Shown here: positions 59,775-64,000 of the stretch, piece by piece | Layout: every line of letters begins with the position of its first letter | Position numbering within the stretch: position 1 is the stretch's first letter | Assembly: GCA_947625145.1 (NCBI GenBank) | Contig: CANQNC010000001.1 | Coordinates: forward strand, 6,315 to 70,314 | Origin: an uncultured Clostridia bacterium | GTDB lineage: Bacteria > Bacillota > Clostridia > Christensenellales > CAG-917 | Reading direction: 5' to 3' | DNA: 64,000 nt | The notes under the pieces: generated by a model | Told to the model about the DNA's origin: nothing | Seen by the model: the letters and a program-made list of their open reading frames with translations, nothing else | The model's database searches: none | Translations under genes and position numbers: made by a program

Positions 59775-61646
59775 ATGAACAGGTACGATATAATAAACAA
59801 AATAGGAGATAAATACCATGTGGGCAATATTGAAACGGGGGAATTCAGTTATGTTAAAGCATTAAAATCCGTTGGCAAAGATATTAGAGATTATCAAAAA
59901 GCAACCTCCGGTGGGCAACATCAATATCTCGATATACGGTTTGAAAACGACCGTCTGGTTATTCTCGTAGAATGTAAAAACAAATTTAGCAGATGGGACA
60001 AAATTAAAATTCAAGGACAGCTTCAAGACTATGTGAGGTTTGAAAAAGCGTATTCCGACAAAAAAATCGTTGCAATTCTAGCTGAAACAGAGGGCGACGA
60101 TATCTGGGTTTGGTATGGTCAGTCTGTGATAATTGATGACGAACACAAAATAACCACAGAAACCACCTTGCGCACCTTTGAAGAATACGAATATATGTAT
60201 TTTGGAAGAGTTAATGATAAAATAAAAATTGTTGACTCAATTAAACAATTAAATGAAAAGCTCCATTCAGACGGTATAAACGAGAAACTGCGCAGTCAGT
60301 TTGTCGGCACCTGTTTGCTCGCGCTCAAAAATGGGCTTGTATATAAAAATGTGAACGCGACATTAGATCCGACTACGGGGCAAGAAATTTCGCCCGCAAA
60401 AGTTGTTTTGAACAGCATAAAAAGCATTCTCGAGGCATTGTTGACTCAAAGTGGGGACGTCAATTCAAACAAGGCGAGCAAATTGACGATTTTGAATAAG
60501 AAAGTGCTTGGAGATCAAGATATCGAAAATCTTACATATGCAGAGCTAAAGGATATTTTGAGTTATATTGACTGCAATGTTGTTCCATACATCAACGACA
60601 AAAGCACTGCGGGACAAGATCTGTTGAATCTGTTTTTCACAACCTTCAACAAATATGTCGGAAAGTCGGACAGGAATCAGGCCTTTACGCCCGATCATAT
60701 CTGTGATTTTATGAGCAAAGCGGTTGGGGTAAACAAAAACTCGCGTGTGCTCGATCCGTGTTGTGGGAGCGGCTCTTTTCTTGTGCGAGCTATGACAGAT
60801 GCCATGGACGATTGTGAAACAGAAGAGGAACGAGACACTGTAAAAAAGGAACAGATATTCGGAATCGAATATGAGGATGGAGCCTTTGGCCTTGCTTCGA
60901 CCAACATGCTGATACACGGCGACGGCAATTCCAATGTGATACATGCCTCGATGTTCGACAAAGGGCAGTGGATCACAGACAATGGTATAAACATTGTTTT
61001 GATGAATCCTCCGTACAACGCCACAAAAAAGTGTTGCGACCCTCAGTTTACAAAGACATGGAGTCCCAACCAAAAAGAAGATCCCTCCAAAGGGCTACAC
61101 TTTGTCGAGTTTATTGCCCGTCATGTTTCAAAGCCTTGCAAAATGGCGGTTTTGCTTCCGATGCAAGCAGCTATAGGAAACAGCTCTGAAATAAAAGAAT
61201 ATAAGAAAAAAATGCTGGACAGCTACACTCTTGATGCAGTATTTTCGTTGCCAAACGAAATGTTTTATCCCGGCGCGTCGGCTGTAGCTTGTTGTATGAT
61301 TTTTGATTTGTCTCAAAAACATGAAAGAGCAAATAGAGAAACTTTCTTCGGTTATTTCAAAGATGACAAATTCGTCAAACGTAAAGGACTTGGACGTGTC
61401 GAAAGAACGGATACCGACGGCAATAGTCTTTGGTTGAAAACAGAAGAATTGTGGTTGGATTTGTATCGCAACAGAAGGGTTGTTCCCGGGTTGTCTGTTA
61501 TGCATAAGGTGACATGGCAAGACGAGTGGCTTGCCGAAGCATACATGGAAACTGATTACAGCACCTTGTCGGCAGATGACTTCCAAAAGACTATCAATGA
61601 TTATCTTTCATTTTTGGTAAGGGAAGGGACTATTTATGAATCTTGA
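59775..61646 (+). CDS. Restriction-modification fusion subunit: N-terminal PD-(D/E)xK-like domain + gamma-class N6-adenine DNA methyltransferase (BcgI-A-like)
   Basis: 624 aa from the ATG at 59775 (RBS GGAGGAAATA). Methyltransferase motif I is VLDPCCGSGSFLV and motif IV is LMNPPYN. The first roughly 300 aa are not HsdM-like and contain YLDIRF-x9-LVECK (D...ExK). The locus is about 35-40% GC versus about 55% for the flanks. Confidence 0.65.
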   Translation: MNRYDIINKIGDKYHVGNIETGEFSYVKALKSVGKDIRDYQKATSGGQHQYLDIRFENDRLVILVECKNKFSRWDKIKIQGQLQDYVRFEKAYSDKKIVAILAETEGDDIWVWYGQSVIIDDEHKITTETTLRTFEEYEYMYFGRVNDKIKIVDSIKQLNEKLHSDGINEKLRSQFVGTCLLALKNGLVYKNVNATLDPTTGQEISPAKVVLNSIKSILEALLTQSGDVNSNKASKLTILNKKVLGDQDIENLTYAELKDILSYIDCNVVPYINDKSTAGQDLLNLFFTTFNKYVGKSDRNQAFTPDHICDFMSKAVGVNKNSRVLDPCCGSGSFLVRAMTDAMDDCETEEERDTVKKEQIFGIEYEDGAFGLASTNMLIHGDGNSNVIHASMFDKGQWITDNGINIVLMNPPYNATKKCCDPQFTKTWSPNQKEDPSKGLHFVEFIARHVSKPCKMAVLLPMQAAIGNSSEIKEYKKKMLDSYTLDAVFSLPNEMFYPGASAVACCMIFDLSQKHERANRETFFGYFKDDKFVKRKGLGRVERTDTDGNSLWLKTEELWLDLYRNRRVVPGLSVMHKVTWQDEWLAEAYMETDYSTLSADDFQKTINDYLSFLVREGTIYES

Positions 61647-62790
61647 TATACTGCAATGGAAATATTTTGATTTTGTCAAATTGTTTGACATAAGGAAGGG
61701 TTTTTATAACAAAAAACCCGAACCTTCCGGTATGGGAGATATCAATTTTATAGGCGCTACCGATCACAACAACGGAGTTACGGAGAAATATTTGGTCGAA
61801 GAGATAGAAAACGCTTCCAAAACAGGCGATCTCCCCAACGATCCGTTGGACAAAAAAATATTTCCCGGGCATGCCGTATGCGTAACAAACGACGGCTCGG
61901 TAGGGTATGCCTATTATCAAGAGGATCCTTTCACCTGCAGTCATAGCGTCAATCCTTTATACTTAAAAAATGGCGAATTCAACCGATATACGGGCTTGTT
62001 TGTCGCCACTGTGATCATGCACGATAGATATCGTTGGGGATATGGCCGCAAATGGAGACCGGAAAGAATGGTCAGATCCAAAATCAAACTCCCGATAAAA
62101 CATGATGAAACAGGCGCTCCGCTCATAGATGAGACAAAAACTTATTCCGAAGACGGACACGTCCCCGATTGGGAGTTTATGGAACAATACATAAGATCCT
62201 TGCATCACAAACCTATCGCCACCAAAATTGCCGAGGTTGAGCCAAGACCTTTTGAAACCGACAAATGGAAGGAGTTTTTCCTTCATCGTATATTTAAGGT
62301 AAGCATGGGCAACGGCATCGACGCAATTTCAACGACCAACAATGATCCAAAATACAATTATATTGGGCGAGAAGGCAGCAACAACGGGGTCGCCGGGTTT
62401 GTGGATGAAATAGATGGAAGAGAGCCTTTCCCTTCAGGCGCAATAACGCTGGCTCTCGGCGGAAGTTTAGGGTCATGTTTTTTGCAAAAATATCCGTTTT
62501 ATACAGCCCAAAACGTAGGTGTGTTGCAAGAAAAAGTGCAATTGTCGGATCATACCAAACTGTTCTTGATCACGCTTATACAAAAAGAGTGCAAGATAAA
62601 ATATCAAGCCTTTGGTCGAGAGCTCAATGCGCATTTCAGAAAAGATTTCACAATCAAATTGCCTGTTAAACGTCGCGACGATGAGGCGATTATAGATGAG
62701 ACGTGTGAATTTTCCGACGAAGGATATGTCCCCGATTGGGAATGGATGGAAAATTACATGAAATCATTGCCGTATAGCGACAGAATATGA
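61636..62790 (+). CDS. Restriction-modification specificity subunit (two target-recognition domains)
   Basis: 384 aa, overlapping the upstream gene by 11 nt. There is an internal duplication, with each half ending in a conserved helix: KIKLPIKHDETGAPLIDETKTYSEDGHVPDWEFMEQYIRSL and TIKLPVKRRDDEAIIDETCEFSDEGYVPDWEWMENYMKSL. Confidence 0.7.
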   Translation: MNLDILQWKYFDFVKLFDIRKGFYNKKPEPSGMGDINFIGATDHNNGVTEKYLVEEIENASKTGDLPNDPLDKKIFPGHAVCVTNDGSVGYAYYQEDPFTCSHSVNPLYLKNGEFNRYTGLFVATVIMHDRYRWGYGRKWRPERMVRSKIKLPIKHDETGAPLIDETKTYSEDGHVPDWEFMEQYIRSLHHKPIATKIAEVEPRPFETDKWKEFFLHRIFKVSMGNGIDAISTTNNDPKYNYIGREGSNNGVAGFVDEIDGREPFPSGAITLALGGSLGSCFLQKYPFYTAQNVGVLQEKVQLSDHTKLFLITLIQKECKIKYQAFGRELNAHFRKDFTIKLPVKRRDDEAIIDETCEFSDEGYVPDWEWMENYMKSLPYSDRI

Positions 62791-62811
62791 AAACAATGTT
62801 TCTACAAAGAA

Positions 62812-62834
62812 GTCGGAGTGCCCCGACTTTTTTT
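62812..62834 (+). terminator. Rho-independent terminator after the R-M module
   Basis: Hairpin GTCGG-agtgcc-CCGAC followed by TTTTTTT. Confidence 0.7.
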
Positions 62835-63147
62835 GTTTTACTATACCCAAACCACTGTTGTCGAACGATGAAGAGATGAAGCACGGTTTGGTGGTTGAAT
62901 GAAGAGGGTTATGACATTTGCCGATGATGGCGCGGTGCGCGAGGGGTGAAGTAGGGCGGGCGGTAGGAGCGGTGGGCGAGGTCGCATGTGAAGTCGAAAG
63001 AGTGCGGGAGCGATTATTGCGCGAAGTAGATGAAGTATGTGAGGTCGAGGTATCGCGCGAAGAAGAGGAGTACAAAGATGAGATTGCGTGAGAAGATGAA
63101 GAGTCGTGCAAAGCCGAAGAGGTATGCAGAGTTGAAGAGGGTGGTTT

Positions 63148-64000
63148 TCAGGTAGAGCGAGAATTGGAGGGCGCGTGCGGGGCTGAATGGTCGTTGTGCG
63201 CTGTGGAGGGCGAGGGATAAAGCTCGAAATAACAGCGGGAGAGGCGGACGCGGCGCACGGCATACGTCCTCCCTTGTCTGCTTAGGGTAAGCCCCGCCTT
63301 GTAGGAGCAATTTGAACATTCGTTGTCAAAGAGGGTCTTGTAGGGGCAGTGGGCGAGGGTCATAAGCGGGATCTCGGGCGCGCAGGACAGCACGGGCAAT
63401 CCGCTTGTTTCGGGGGCGGAACTCTCCGCCGAAAGGAGAGAGGAAGGCCCGTCAAGCCGAGCGGACAGTCCGTTCGGATATTCCAAGGACGGAAGGACCG
63501 CTTTTGCCCCGAGCGAGGATATCGCAAGCGCGGCGAAATCGTTTGAAACGTTGTGCCCCGCACCCGCGATCACGGCGTAACCTTTTTCGGCAAAGCACAA
63601 GCCGTACAGGTTTTCGCTGACAAGGGTCTTTATGTTTGGAAGCGCCTCAAGCAATTTGTTGAGATCGCGCATATCTTTGCCGTTGCAGATGACGGGCAGG
63701 CGCAACGCGAAATCGTCCGATCCCGAAGCGGGCAACAGCTTTTTCACACCGATTGGCGTATAGCCCTCGGGGCAGAGGACGTTCAGCGCGCCATGCTTGA
63801 AGTCCGCCGCTTCGCGCACAACGTTCAGCCTCGCGACGGGCGGGGCGGACGGAGGGAAGTTTGCGTTGCAAACGCGGGATATCATGTCCTCGTCCACGCT
63901 GACGGGGGCGGGAGAGTTTGCCTCGACAACGAGTTCGGAGAGCTTTTCAAACAAGGAGCGGCGCAAGGCGTTTATCTCGGATTTGGGGGCGAAAGCCCTG
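63148..64000 (-). CDS. Hypothetical protein, 5' end off-window
   Basis: Track ORF 63148..63966 uses a TTG start, but the frame stays open to nt 64000, so the gene continues beyond the window. Cys-rich C-terminal part (HCPYK...CSNCSY). The last roughly 25 codons run into a pyrimidine-rich tract. No family assigned with confidence. Confidence 0.55.
   Translation of the reverse strand, partial: RAFAPKSEINALRRSLFEKLSELVVEANSPAPVSVDEDMISRVCNANFPPSAPPVARLNVVREAADFKHGALNVLCPEGYTPIGVKKLLPASGSDDFALRLPVICNGKDMRDLNKLLEALPNIKTLVSENLYGLCFAEKGYAVIAGAGHNVSNDFAALAISSLGAKAVLPSLEYPNGLSARLDGPSSLLSAESSAPETSGLPVLSCAPEIPLMTLAHCPYKTLFDNECSNCSYKAGLTLSRQGRTYAVRRVRLSRCYFELYPSPSTAHNDHSAPHAPSNSRST

Noticed and set aside
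59775-62790. Plain type I R-M (hsdM/hsdS) annotation
   Set aside because: No hsdR is adjacent, and the methylase carries an extra N-terminal domain with a D...ExK motif. I therefore favour a BcgI-like type IIB call but keep confidence moderate.
62764-63319. Three overlapping minus-strand ORFs (115, 140 and 101 aa) rich in S/T/P/H/R
   Set aside because: Same artefact: the minus strand here is pyrimidine-rich and G-poor, so stop codons are rare. The ORFs overlap each other and the 3' end of the real gene.

Overview
The window looks like origin-proximal chromosome from a fairly high-GC (about 55-60% in genes) Clostridia-type Firmicute. Supporting markers are the SCIFF peptide with its radical-SAM maturase, yyaC, the dnaG-sigA-trmK-nif3 cluster, and dnaA/dnaN/recF/parAB/rsmG. 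I support about 45 protein genes, one tRNA-Asn, several intrinsic terminators and a few promoters. I found no rRNA, CRISPR array or transposase. The most unusual feature is a roughly 4.3-kb gene-free, AT-rich island (16.4-20.7 kb) between tfoX and the 3' end of dnaN. Its left arm is almost G-free on the + strand and its right arm is almost C-free, so the two arms are compositional mirror images. The flip point carries two DnaA-box-like 9-mers, and five parS sites (one a perfect TGTTTCACGTGAAACA) lie across the core. Shorter skewed intergenic tracts elsewhere in the window follow the same left/right polarity. I read the island as a dedicated origin/centromere-like domain with extreme strand asymmetry, though its cause and function are open. 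Other points: (1) the dnaA...dnaN module is inverted relative to recF and is split by a secreted M4 protease and a permease. (2) An 81-bp direct repeat carries the tRNA-Asn 3' end plus its terminator and brackets a 119-bp unassigned insert. (3) A low-GC two-gene restriction-modification module looks BcgI-like (type IIB) rather than type I. (4) Two diverged gdhA paralogues lie in inverted orientation around an operon of two giant low-complexity membrane proteins. (5) The 48-aa SCIFF precursor is missing from the ORF track. (6) Several genes have a -10 box only 6-7 nt upstream of the ATG, suggesting leaderless mRNAs. All composition figures are hand counts on sampled rows, and all family calls rest on recognised motifs, not database searches.
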